A stretch of DNA of 62,615 nucleotides, counting the filler, from Choristocarpus tenellus KU-1152 (lineage: Eukaryota > Protista > Phaeophyceae), in the NCBI GenBank assembly GCA_964200185.2. It is 7 parts of 7 records of this genome, joined end to end, with 100 filler letters (N's around TTAATTAATTAA, not from the genome) between each part and the next. Parts side by side here need not be neighbours in the genome. Positions count along the whole stretch, not along the records: positions 1 to 17,541 come from CAXNAD020000662.1; 6 more parts are not named here. One strand, 5' to 3'. This document shows, one piece after another, positions 1-12,625 of this stretch; position 1 is the stretch's first letter, and every line of letters starts with the position of its first letter. The notes under the pieces were generated by a model. That model was not told the origin of the DNA and made no database searches. It saw only the letters and a list, made by a program, of their open reading frames with translations. A program made the translations under genes and the position numbers.

Positions 1-243
1 TTAGAGGGTAGAGCCGCGTCCATTTGAGGGCCAAATTCCAACGTTGCGATTTTGATGTAATTTTGGCTATCGTGTTGTTTGGGAGTGTCAATATCCTTGT
101 TCCTGACACACCTTTTCATAACATAAAGCTTTACCTACTCCGAAAAAATTGGAGTAGGAAATGTCATAAAAAAATATCATGGGAAGGCAAGCCTCAAACG
201 GACAAACAGGGCAAAACTCGTACCCTCTAAGATACTTTCACTC
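1..243 (+). mobile_element. MITE family A copy (5' end cut by window)
   Basis: Starts TTAGAGGGTA and ends TACCCTCTAAGATACTTTCACTC (inverted termini); internal sequence matches the copies at 7331, 8558, 16634, 27688, 39363 and 58374. Confidence 0.85.
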
Positions 244-309
244 TTTGTATTGTTAGGAATTGTCAGGGTTAAACGGTTGAACTACCTTTTTGTTTGGTGA
301 AGGAAGAAT

Positions 310-770
310 TCGACATGGAAAAAGCAGAAGGAGATATTAGGGGGAAAACAAAAATAGAAAAAAACGAAACAGGGAAAGAAAAGTAGTTAACATAACAAAA
401 AATGTAAGGAAATGTGCAACACCCTGACAGAAAGCTAAGAACAAAACAAGGGAAAAGAAATAGGGAAAAATAGAAAGGGCAAAAAGCAAACCTCCGAGAA
501 TTAAACAGCGAAACACAAAAGATAAAAAAATGATCTTAAACAAGGAAAATGAACAGAGAAAAATATTAAGGAAAGTGCAAAAAGGAAAAAATAAGTACGA
601 AAGAGAACTTAAGGAAAAATACAAGAGGGGGAAAAAGCAAAAGGGAAGAATTTAAAAAGGACAGAAAGGGAAATGAAAAAGAGGGGAAACAAACGACTGT
701 ATCAACATTAAGAAAAATTAACATTGAAAAAACATTAACATTGGAAAAACAAAAAGTGTGAAAGGAATGA
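310..770. repeat. A/purine-rich low-complexity tract
   Basis: Almost pure A/G runs; the ORFs on the minus strand are F/L/S-rich artefacts. Confidence 0.7.
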
Positions 771-1173
771 ACAACAGTTGCACCCGTTTGTTGTATAACC
801 TTCGTTGACCAAGACAGCACTCACAGTCAGTTCCTCTATAACTCCCTGCTGTTCAGCAAATGCTTGAGTCCATTCGGTCTGTATTGTTTGTTGTCCAGAA
901 AAGTGCTCGTCATCATTTGCTCGTCCATATCACCCGTTGTCTGGACCCTGCTTGTCGTGTGTAGAATGCAAAAGTGCTAATAAGGTGCTCTATGTGAGTG
1001 TATATTATTCAGACCTGTGAAATATTTAAATTTATTACAGAATTCTTTGTCTAGTCTGTGTGGTTCTTACTAAAATATACTCCTGTTTTCGACACATACA
1101 CGTGATTATCGAGAGGTGAACCAGTGCATGGTAAGAAAGTGATACACGTAGAAAGATGTGAAACATTATTGTA

Positions 1174-2868
1174 CTACCTCCGTTTGTGCCATAAGTTTGT
1201 ACCGCGAAACATCTGAGCTTGCCGAGCGAGAACGGCGCCGAATCGAACGATAACCCCACATAATGAAATCGGGTTGACAATCTCAGCTTTCAGAAAAGGT
1301 GGGGGAGTTGAGGATCATCAGGTACAAACTCGAGGTGCTTCAAGCCGTCAAAGTAGGGGTCTCTTGGGCTGATTTTACGATCAGAACTGGGCACGTCGAG
1401 GGCAGAATGTCGGCATGGCAACCCCCCATCGACCCCTCCGTGTAGGAAGGGTGCCCAAGTGTCTCTGAATACCAGGGTTGCGCATGCAGTGCGGCACACC
1501 CTTGCGATGGTCCCTGGTGAGCATAAGCTGCCTGCGACATGTTGGGCCGACCCTTGCAGCGGAGTTTGGAGCGTCCGAGCCTTACATGTGAGAGTTCTGG
1601 GAGAATATCGCAGATCAGCTCGCCCGTGGTCACACGCTTGACCTAGGGGTGGCGGCACGTAGTGGGCGGCCTTTGGAGCTCACATCGACCAAGATGGCCA
1701 CAATACATAGTATCAACTCCGATAATCGGTCATCCACAGTGCATCAGGTGACAATGAAGATGGTCATCAAGGGGTTGGATTATAGTACAAACACCATATA
1801 GAGGTGGTTGAATGATATGGGGGCCATGCCGAGATTAAACCCAAGCTAAAATGTTTGCAAAAGGTATGGAGTATGGAATTTGTTTGCGATCAAGTGGACC
1901 GGAAACGTGGTGTATATACCTCCGTGGTGAACACGATCCATGTATGTGGGTGAAACCTGGTTTTACGTGATGATTGATGGGGAAAGAAAGGGTTAGGGTA
2001 TTTCCGCATGAGGATGATGGCGACCTTCCAGGGTCCCCTACTGTGCAGCACAAGAGTCATATCCCCAAAACCATGATCATTGCAGCCAATGCCCGCCCAG
2101 ATTCGGCTCACAGGTTTGATGGAAAGCTTGGTTTTTTGCGTTTGTGTGCGCTAAAAATGGCAGACCGGACAAGCAAGAACCATAGAAGAGGGATGTGTAT
2201 GAGCAGGACTGTACTTTGGACCACTTGTTGTACAGGAAATAGTACACGGAGGAGTTACTGCCTGCAATCAAGACTAAGATGCATTGGTTGCAGGGGAAGC
2301 ATGTTGTCGTTCAGCAAGACGGTGCCAACTCCCACACGGACAAGCGCAACTCAGAAATCTTGTCAGGGGCAAGGAAGACTGAGGGGTTTTCGATTAGACA
2401 TGTGAAACTCCCCCGACCTCAATATCATGGACCTGTGCTTCTTCAGGTCTTTGAAATGCCGGGTGATGGAGGAGCAGTTTGGGTCATTAAGCAGTTTGAG
2501 GAAATGGTGAAGGTCATTAAGAAACAGTATGATGAGTATGATGAAACCGCACTTGAGAAGGCTTGGCAGCTCGTTTTTGTGGTGTACAATGAAGTACTTA
2601 GATACAAAGGGGGGAATGACTTCAATGTGGAGCACAGAGAGGTAAGAAAGAGGTCGTTGTCTGGTGAGCTTGAAAACACGCCGAAGGTAGATATGGAAGC
2701 CTTTTCTGTGGCTGATAAACTTGTGATGGATGGGGAGTAGAAATAATAAAAAGAGCTGACCCTAACCAGAAATTCGTCAAGGATTCCAAATCTTCTTTCA
2801 GAAACGAACTTCATCAACATCTTCAAAAGTCATAGACAACACAGCACAGGCTTATGGCACGGAGGTAG
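1174..2868 (+). mobile_element. Full-length mariner-like DNA transposon (plant/oomycete DD39D, Stowaway-related type), decayed
   Basis: TIRs CTACCTCCGT(TT)GTGCCATAAG at 1174 and CTTATGGCACGGAGGTAG ending at 2868, each flanked by a TA TSD (1172-1173, 2869-2870); contains a transposase relic. Confidence 0.9.
1440..2740 (+). pseudogene. Mariner DD39D-type transposase, frameshifted
   Basis: Across frames: HTH-like LAAEFGAS..FW, SGRPLELT, IHV/ETWFYV (HIDEKWFY equivalent), VQHKSHIPKTMIIAANARP, FDGKLG, VVQQDGANSHT, SPDLNIMDLCFF, KGGNDF; several stops and frameshifts. Confidence 0.88.
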
Positions 2869-4969
2869 TACAAGCATAGTACAAGAGATCAATATACGCA
2901 AGAGGAGAAACGTGGGGAGTATTTGGACAACATGCCTCCAAGTCCTTTCCAGCTGCTTGAGGGGGGGAGGTGGGGTATGCTATGGCAAGATATATATATA
3001 TATATATATATATATTGCTGCATGCAGAAGATCACTTTCACACGACATTTCGACCACATGCAACACACTGGGAATGCTCTCCAACCAATTCCATCAATCA
3101 AGTTTGCCTTGATCACTAGGTGATATTATCTACCCAAGCATCCACATACGAGCAAGGTTACTGTGTCGTGGTTTGTGGCAATACAGCGCACTCTGTGGCA
3201 CTATGGGGTGTCTCCTTATGAGACCAGCAGGGGGGGAGAGGCACGGTGTCCAGGTATTCCCTGCGTGGAACTCCTTGATATATGTGTCAATCCTACTACT
3301 ACGTACAGTACAGGAACGGAACCCACTTGCATATTTCCCACCCCCCCGCCAAGCACCTCCTCTGTTATATGAGTGCACTCGTGTCTTGGATATCAGGACA
3401 ATAAATAAAACTATGTTGTCTGTTTCGGTCTTTAGTCATACCTCACATACTCATTACAGAGCAGGTAATCTTTAGGAAGCTGCCGATCCAATTGATAAAA
3501 TGAACTTCAAACCTTTCTAGGTGCAACTAGCAAACCAGGGCACCATCACTTAGGTAAAGAGAGCACTGGGGAATTTGGTGAGAAGATGTAAGTTATGGAA
3601 GATGTGGTGAGATCACGTTGCTGTGGTACGAAATTCGCAGACTCTCAACCGCACCCTTACAAGTAGCAACGAGATGAGTCTGTGTCAGTAGCTCCAAGAA
3701 CAGGGGCCCTGGGTAGAGTGTCTAGAGAACACAAAAAACAATCAACAATATACTGAATTCAAAAGTGGGGTTTGATTACATGAATCTCTAATCGCCTCTT
3801 TTTCTGGACAGATATGTCAGGTTGGAGTGGGACACCACAATTGACCCAAGCTCAGCTCGTTTGGTACCCCAAAACTTGAGTGAGCGGGAAAACTTCATGT
3901 GAAGCAGACTTTAAACAATGGAGGTGAGGTGTTCATGCCATCACATCTTTGATCTCTACTACTCTTCAGCCTGAATGTAAGACATGCTTGGTGTAGTGAA
4001 GGTATCATGCATGGCTGGTTGTTTAGATGTGCTTGAGTGGGATGAGACCCCAAGACCTCCCGTCAGTGTTGCTCACCATATATGAAGAGTATATTGTTGT
4101 CTTGATGGCGAAAGTATAACTAATATCAAACACGAGTTCAACTGGTGGCTAATTCACCAAATTGTCTCAAGGTTTATAGAAGAAGTGAACCGTTCAGGAC
4201 TCTGGCATTAAAGAGTTGCCCACGTGTGCAAGTGATACTGTAATAACTATTGGTTTTGTCATTCTGTTGTCATTTAAGTCACCTAATCCTCACACCTGTA
4301 AGCCTTGATCATCATCATATGGATGTGAGTTATTTGCTGGCAGCCGCTTTATGTAAAAAAAATTGCAACATACGCAGTGCTCAGAATTTCAAACAATTAA
4401 TGTTCAAGAGGTGGACGTTTATTGCTTGCTCCTCTTATTCTCAGCACTGGCAATTCCCAGCATCCTGTTTCACTCTTTTACATTTATACTTGGGTGTTGA
4501 TGTACCTGCCATGCAAATGGGTCATGTCAAAAATGTAAATATTTGACTGATAGGGAAGGGGACATGCGCATATTCAAACATGGGATACTTCAAAATTTTG
4601 AAACACTTGCACACGTTGGATAAATCATGATTTGACATATTTGTGCTTCACAAATCAGTAGTGAAATATATGTAAGAATATTGGTATGTGAAGGATGAAG
4701 GAGTGGGGAAGATGTGGAAATCCTTTCTACTCAGAAATGTTGTACCACGAGTCATGTACTGAGTATACTCAATGTTTAGAAATGATGCACAAATCCGATT
4801 TGTTGATGTAATTTTGTTGGCTACTATGTACATATGATTTTTAGATATCACTCACCATTTTATCAAAATGTGTAAATGACCCTTCTCTATATATCAAGAG
4901 AAGATAATTGTGTATCAACAATATGTTTCCACCTCATCTTGATATACAATCTTATGTTGTTATATATGA

Positions 4970-5075
4970 GGAAAAAACACTTGGGTACAAATCTTACTTT
5001 CTGATTTAGTAGGAAAGAACACTTGGGTACAAATCTTACCTTGTAATTCGTAGGAAATAACAATTGTATACAAAT
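4970..5075. repeat. Short tandem repeat, ~42-bp unit, ~2.5 copies
   Basis: AACACTTGGGTACAAATCTTAC repeated. Confidence 0.6.
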
Positions 5076-5199
5076 GTGATTGAAATCTGATAGAAGAAAA
5101 TCGTAGACAAATCTTTGGGTATCCTCAGCAGGTTTAGAACCCCAAAGTTGTTGATGGTGGAAAACATATTATTGTGCCTTTAAAAGTATATGTTATGGG

Positions 5200-5550
5200 A
5201 CGTGGTTCTATGTGATGGGAAGTGATTAGAATCACCAGAGATGAGGTTCAGAAAGGAAGTGAGAGATGAGAGTGAGGCATGCTGGACATACGTTGATAGC
5301 CTCAGGGTGGCATGTGGATTACTCTGCACTGTGATTGGTTGCGACCAGTCAGAACAAAAAATACAATCTCGGGCTTTCCTCTTTGAATCCATCGTTCAAG
5401 TCGGGGTTATCGCGAACCGGTCGTGGTCCGACCCACACCACAACACCTGGTCTGGCCTCAATGCCAAAAGGTAGTGCGCGTACATGTGTATGACTAAATG
5501 CATTATCCTCACCAGTGTCAGGACATCCCTAAGGGAGATCTGTCCCTGAC
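5200..5550. repeat. Dispersed repeat, direct diverged copy of 12280-12625
   Basis: Colinear match GGTTCTATGTGATGGG...CACCAGAGATGA...TGGCCTCAATGCCAAAAGG; homologous minus-strand ORFs MDSKRKARDCIFCSDWSQP and MDSKSKARDCVFCSNWSQP. Confidence 0.8.
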
Positions 5551-7330
5551 ATTACCCCGCGCCCAGTGTGGATTCCATCTGACACGAACACAAAAGTGAC
5601 CAACCAGCAATTCATATTGGACAGGTCCTTCTATGGGAGGAAACAAAACATCATCGTTGAATCAACTTAGTGAAAAAATGAAAATATGGAAAAAATAAGG
5701 AGGAGAACTAGTGGTGACAAGCCCGAGGTCGCACTCTATTTAGTCCAAGGTAGGAAAATTCTGTGCTAACGAGTGGAAAGTGTAGGGAGGAAAATGGATA
5801 GAGCCAGCCTGTCTCCTACATGCACTCGAGGATCTGAGTGGATGAAGCTTGGTCACCACAGCTTTGGTACATCAAGTCATCTATTGGGGAGTGTTCTAAG
5901 GATAGTATCAAGAGTGATTGGAAAATTCTTCATCTCTTACTGTCAACTCTACTACAACAACTTGCCTCCGAGGTGTTTGGACAACCAGAGAAGTGGACTA
6001 AAAAATATTTTCGTAGGCACATTTGTTTGCATTGAACAATACGCATGCTTCTCACAGATAGGACCAACCTGTGTTTGTGTCAATGGATAAGAGCTATCTT
6101 TCCAACCCATGAGCCCCGAGTCGCCTAATAGATAGTTTCAAAATATCACCCTAACTAAGCCATGGTATGGTCTTCAAGATTTTGTGGACGTTATTTCCGC
6201 CATCTTTGTATTGAAAAAGAAATATCTTCTCTATCTGTGGAATCTGGTGGCAACCGATCGGGCCGGCAACTCACTAGTATGGAGGAATTCATTGCACTTT
6301 CTGGTCCACAAGGAGGGTTATTACAAGTATCTGAGGAGGCTGTGTTGCTGATAGGTGGGCATCCGATTGGCAGTAATTCAAGTTCTTCATCTGTTCTTAG
6401 GGCAGGAGTCTTTCTTTTATGACAAGTCCCTTGGTCAGTGGCTCTTACAATACGGGGGTCCAATTTGTTCTCTTCCCTATAGGCTGCGATCATCTCTGCA
6501 CATTCAGATATTTCAGCAGGTTTGTGCCATATATCACTGGCTGGTGAATATCCTTGAAGGCGAAGTCGGTAAAAATAATTGCAAGTGGTCTTTGTTCCCA
6601 CACCTTGCTTGTGGTCAACAATGCCCTCTACATGATAAGACCCAATAGTTCACTGTGTCTTTGACCCCGGATCAAGATCTGGTTCAGGTAGTATCCGGCC
6701 AAAAACTACTGAAGTAAGGGTATCTATGTCAGGTTCAGTGACTGCCCCTCTCTTAAAGGATCTAAGTCTGTCCACATGAACGGTCACTTCACATCGGTCT
6801 TCCAAGCGTTTTACGCGATAAACTACGGGTGTTAAATGTGCCTTCGCTTCAGAAGGTCCTCTCCATGGGGACAATGACTTGGGGTTTGGTGCATCAGCTG
6901 AATTATGTGGTATGTGAAGCCAAACTCTATGCCCTAGCTCGTATAGTGGGAGTTTATGGATCACATTCTTAGATTCATCCTTCAGAACCATCTCACCAAT
7001 ATTTTCCGGGCAAGTTCCTATGCTAACTGTGAATTTTGTACGGTTACGTGAATTTCCACTGTTCTCATGGTCGAGTTTGTACGGTTATGGGGTGGTCTTA
7101 GGGATCCTCAAAATAACATCAATTGGTAATATTGGACGCCTTCCAAACATGAGAAAATTAAACTTCCTCAACATTGGTATTTTAGGTTTATTGTGTGCTA
7201 CCTGTACAAAGGGCAATAATGACGCCCAGTCAGAGTCGTTCATATTGTTCAAATACATGGCCAGTATACCATGCATCATTCTTTCACATATTCTATTACC
7301 TTGAGGTCAATACACTGTGGTCTTGGTTTC

Positions 7331-7582
7331 GAGTGAAAGTATAGAGGGTGCGAGGTTTGCCCTGTTTTTCCATTTGGGGCTTGGATCCCATGGGGTTCTT
7401 ATGATATTTTCCTACTCCAGAATGTTTAGGAGTAGGTAAAATCTATGCGTTATGGAAAGGTGTGTCTGAAAAATGGATATTGACACTTCTTAACAAACAA
7501 TAGCCAAAATTACATCAAAATCGCAACATTGGATTTTGACCCCTAAATGGACGCGGCTCTACCCTCTAAGATACTTTGGCTC
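7331..7582 (-). mobile_element. MITE family A copy inserted in Gypsy integrase
   Basis: GAGTGAAAGTATAGAGGGTG...TACCCTCTAAGATACTTTGGCTC; reverse-complement match to family A. Confidence 0.85.
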
Positions 7583-8557
7583 TTTTATGATACCCATACA
7601 CTTTATGCAACCCAGCCAGGAGTTTGTTGTCAAGTGTTTTGCCTTGGTGAGAGTGGAGTGTTTCAGGAGGATCAAAAAAGGAAAAAAAGACCATCGACGA
7701 GACCTCTAATCGAGGTTTTTTCTTGCTTACTTGCAATCCTAACCAAGATTGCGAATATTATAAGATGATCTACGGCGGATAACACATATTTTGTGTCGCC
7801 TGACGTGGTCTTATGTTTAACTATGTCAATAGCAAGCCGTTGAAACGGACGTGTAACAGGCATATGTCCTGCAGGTGGTGAAGTAGGAATTTGGATTGTC
7901 TCTCGTCTCTGAGATGACTGGCAAGTTTATGTAAGGTCGGCCACCAAGAATCTGTCTCTTACACGGTCAAATGTGCGATTGAAAGCCAGATAGCCCACAA
8001 CTTTCTGGTCATGTAGAGCATGTAAGATTAGACCCTGGACTTCTTTTTGGGGCTACTAACTCATCACAAAATTCTTCATTTTTACGAAGATGACCGCGTT
8101 GGTAAGATTGGTAGAGTAAGCTTTTACTCTCTCTTGAGAGAAAAATATGACATGGTATAGGCCGTGTCCTTAATGGGTAACGTTGAGTTACTGGGGTCTG
8201 CCAGAATATAAAATATGCCATAAAGTGATCATGTTGGGCTTGGCTAGAACTTACAGTATCGATTATTAGGAAAACACTGATGGAGCTAACAAAGAGCTCA
8301 GAGTCATGTTCCACCCTAATGATTTCACCTAATCGATCCACAGACGATTCATAAGCTGGATATACCTTTTACTTGCTTGAGAAGTTGCACTAGTGGTTCC
8401 TGCTCACACATTTCGACACAAATGGGTCAGGGATGCTGGTTCAGATTCATGTTTATAGAATTCTTCCGGTTGAGAACGTGACAACATATCTGGGATGTAA
8501 TGTAATCTGCCAGGTTTATGATTCGTTTCTATTTAAAAAAAAATGGTCCTAGTCTTG

Positions 8558-8815
8558 AAGTCAAAGTATCTTAGAGGGTATAGACGTGTCTTTTTGGGGG
8601 TCAAAATCCAATGCTGCGATTTTGATGTAACTTTGGCTATCGTCTTTGTTAGGAAGGGTCAATATCCTTGTTCCTGACACACCGTTTCATAACGTATACA
8701 TTGTACCTACTCAAAGATATTTCGGAGTAGTAAAACGTCATAAAAAAACCCCATGGGAAGCCAAGCCCAAATGGACAAATAGGGCAAAACTCGTAACCTC
8801 TAAGATACTTCCTTC
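8558..8815 (+). mobile_element. MITE family A copy inserted in Gypsy RNase H region
   Basis: AAGTCAAAGTATCTTAGAGGGTA...CCTCTAAGATACTT; high similarity to 1-243. Confidence 0.85.
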
Positions 8816-11800
8816 TACTTTCAACAAAAGAAAATCAAAACTTTTGCGGATCTAGGGTCCATCAAGTTAACATATTGGACGTGTCTTGCATATTATGTAG
8901 TCACTGCAAGGCTGAATAGTCCCTAGTGTAACTGTGAAGTATTTACCCCAAATGTATGGTTTACAGCATTGAATTGTCAGAATAACTGCAAGGCACTCTT
9001 TTTGTGTGGCAGAATATTCCATCTTGGAGGGGGAAAGTAAGGCACTATGGTGCGTAATTACATCAAAATTGGCGATTGTCATTTTTATGACCCAAACATG
9101 CCCCTCTCCCAACATTTCGGGCATCTACATGTATAAATAATTCCTTCGATAAATCAGGAAAGTGTAGAACTTGAGCCATGGTCAAAAGTTGTATATAGTT
9201 TTAAAGCGATTCCATCTAGATAAAAAATCACATAAATTACTTCTTAATTTCTTTGGGTTGGTATGCTCTCTTTGTAGTTATCTTTTGTGTATGGCAACTC
9301 GATTCATCTAACGGTTCTGTTGCTGTGGATAGGTGAGGAACCTTCCTGATAAAGTTCATGGAATGTAAGAAAGGTTGTAAGCCTTTCACAATCTGAGGGG
9401 GATGCATTCCTAAACTAGATTCAATGCGAGCTTGTCATATAGCTATTCCTTGTAGGGTAACATCATGTCCGAAATGATGGATGCACTTTGAGTCAAATTG
9501 AGCCTTGTATGGCTTTAACATAACCCCCACAGTTTATAAGATTGACAGCACCGTAGTGACTAACTATATGGTGTGCCCAAGATGGAGATGCCAAAACAAT
9601 ATTGTCTAAATATGCCGATAGCCCAGAGCTAGGACCAATTGTAGAAAACGTTTCGAACATGAAGCATTGAAAGATCCATGATGCGTTTTGTACTCCAAAT
9701 GGTAACCTCTGAAACTCATATTCCCCATCTGGTGAGATGAATGCAGTTATTGGTAGTTTGCATTCCTCATTTATAGGTAGTTGCCAATAGGTTGATTGGA
9801 TATCTAAACAAGATAAGCATTTTGAACCCCCCCAAGGTGGGTAAACACTCTTCCATGGATGACGAAGGTCATGAATTACTGGAGTACATAGGACATGTTC
9901 ATTAATGTTCCATCTGAAATCCACACAGAAACGGGGGGATCCATCAGGTTTTGTGACAACGGTAACAGGGGATGCCCATGCAAGATGAAGGTTTTACAAT
10001 TCCTTGTTCATTTCCATATCAGTTACACATTGATGAATTGTGTCACGTATTTTGGTGCTGCGCGATACGGTGGTCTACTAACCAGCTCAGTGCCTGGTTG
10101 TAGTGGAAGGTCAACAGAAGTAGTGGTGCAACAACCCAATTCACTTTCTGATAATGAAAAGACTGGTCTGAACTCGGTCACAATTCCTAGCGATTCCCCT
10201 TGTTAAGAACACGTCAGTTGTGTGTTTGCAAATGCCTTCTTAGAAAAAACCTTCAAATTGTCCCTAGCTTTTTTCATTTCTTCGGGATTAGAGGGTTTAG
10301 CTGCAACTGGAGTTGCGGCAACATCTGAAAGGGAATGCGTGGTTGACACCAGGGGAAATAGGACCAACTACAAATTTACTGGTAGCTTGACCCCTTCTTG
10401 AATATATAGGGAAGTTGGACTAAACACCCTCCATCTTCTACCCAAACAGTGAGGCTTCGACTCACCACAATATGCTACCAGTGAGAATGTGCGTCTTCCT
10501 CTTCCTGAAGGCATGTCCCAGTATGATTGATAGGTTCCACCACTGCATCAGCAGCCGTTTCTCTGAATGCCTTGGAACACACTGGGACAAGAGTTTCCGT
10601 GCCAGGGGGAAGTCATTATATTTTTTACAGCATGCACTGGTGTAGTGAATTCAGATGTGATCACTGAAATTGCAGTTTGAGGTGATGGAGTTTCAGCATG
10701 ACAGCATGTCTTGGGGGAGGACAGATGGGACGTGTTATAATTTTGTGAGTTGCTGGAATGCACGTATCACTGTCTTGACAATTCCTCCTTATCTCAATCT
10801 AGTACTGCCCCAAAAGCTGACATGATGGTTGTATCCAATAAAATGATCAACTCCCAAGTTAGGCATGACAACTGCTTGGGCAGGCATTGATATGTCACCA
10901 AGTTGCAGAGAAAATTGAATAAAACTGTGAACAGACACAGGTCTTCCACCCAATCCTTATAAATTCAGAGCACCTGCTGGAATCTCCCCAATGGGTACCT
11001 TACAAAGATTGGGGTGGGCTTGAATGTATCTGACTGAAATTACTGGATGTAAGTGGCAGCATCAATAGTAATGTTCAATAGAGGTTCATTATCCATATAC
11101 TCAGGAATTTGTATGTGGCAAGATGAAACATCCAGCACGCGAGGGAAGTTAGAATAATGTTGGATGGCTGATGCGTGCCAGCAGTATGAAAAGGTGGAAC
11201 GACACATTTGAGATTGAAATTATTCTTCAGTCACGCCTAAGGGAGGATGTTAGGAGCAAGAGATAGCAGACGCAATAGTTGTTACGTGTCCTGCTTTTGG
11301 CGGTTATTGGTTGCTGACCTTATGCTATTATTAAGTTGTGTACAAGATTTTTTTTTACGGTTTCTTCAGTGCTTCCCGACCTAGACAACAAACCCTTAGA
11401 TAGCATACCACATTTATGCTTTATCCTTACTTATTCTGGGGAAACAGAATCAGTAGGACATCCCTAAATACTCTCATTCCTCAATCCCTGCTCCTGCGGA
11501 TCTATGTTCTCCTGCAGGGGTTCATGGGAGTAATAGTAGAGATTTCTGGAAGGGTAACAAGCGCTTTGATCATCAGTAACAGTCAAGCAATCGAATGCTC
11601 TTTGCAGTTGTTGCAGATACACGTGTGAGGGAACGGTTTAACCCATTTTATAAATTTGGCAAGAGTGGAATAGGACAAACCCTGTGTTCCAGAACTCATG
11701 GGGATAGGTCCTTTTGATAAAGGTGTATCATGATCAAGGGATGAAGTACATAACCAGAGGGAATTTGGTCGGGGTAGGGTGGATCAGTATATTATCTTGC

Positions 11801-12279
11801 CACTTTTTCTTTGGAAGGGTCGCAACAGCGAGGCTAACCTCCACTCTTCCAACTCCCAAACTATCTTGAGATTTATGGAAAAACTCCGAGTTGAATGAAG
11901 AAGTTGTCACGGATATCGAACTTCTGGTCCTCCTTGTACTCCTCATCTTCGGCCTCCGCTTGATAGAGGGTCTGATCCGCGTCATGTTGAAGGCCATCAC
12001 CCAGACATTGTGACACCACCCTCATGTTCAAGCGAACCGCCAAGGGTGTATTAGCCCTTTTGACGGGGCTCAGGATTTGTACGTCTCCGGATATCAGGTT
12101 ATCCTTTCACTCAATCTACGCTTCCCTGATGGTGGTTTATTTCTCAAAGTCATCCCGGCTTTCTGACCAGGATCATAACCTTTTGAGTTGGTTGTGTTCC
12201 CTTCGACCATTGTGGCGTGGTCCTACATCTCTGTTGATCCCTCAACACATATTGGCATGAGTACCACCGTAATGGGGCC

Positions 12280-12625
12280 TGGTTCTATGTGATGGGGGGT
12301 GATGAGAACCACCAGAGATGAAGTTCAAAAAGGAAGTGAGATATGAGACTGAGGCATGCTGGGCGTATGTTGACAGTGTGTGGGTGGCATACGGATCAAT
12401 CTCCACTGTTATCGGTTGTGACCAGTTAGAACAGAAAACACAATCTCGGGCTTTGCTCTTTGAATCCAACGTTCATATCGGGTTTACCGAGAACCGGTCA
12501 TGCGTCTGACCCCCACCACATCATTTGGGTTGGCCTCAATGCCAAAAGGCGGTGCGCACAAATGTGTATGACTGCACGCATTATCCTCATCAGTGTCTGC
12601 ACATCTCAAAAGGGGACCTGTCATT
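12280..12625. repeat. Dispersed repeat, direct diverged copy of 5200-5550
   Basis: See 5200-5550. Confidence 0.8.

Larger units (their letters stand above)
6191..11150 (-). mobile_element. Decayed Ty3/Gypsy LTR retrotransposon pol (PR-RT-RNaseH-IN-chromodomain)
   Basis: Minus-strand order: aspartic-protease-like region ~11100-10800; RT 9924-9493 (LDIQSTYWQ, EYEFQRLPFGVQNAS, AYLDNI); RNase H ~9180-8470 (YSATQKECLAVI, HKPGRLHYIPDMLSR); integrase 8030-7085 (PVTRPFQRLAIDIV, DWASLLPFVQVAHN, LMFGRRP); GPY/F-like WRGP..VYRV 6991-6650; chromodomain ~6640-6480. Many stops. The gag region may extend to ~12835. Confidence 0.9.

Noticed and set aside
337-820. Hydrophobic F/L-rich ORFs resembling membrane proteins
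   Set aside because: Reverse complement of an A-rich low-complexity tract.
5200-12625. The two 350-bp direct repeats as LTRs of the Gypsy element
   Set aside because: No TG...CA ends, TSD or adjacent PPT found; the repeats look coding.
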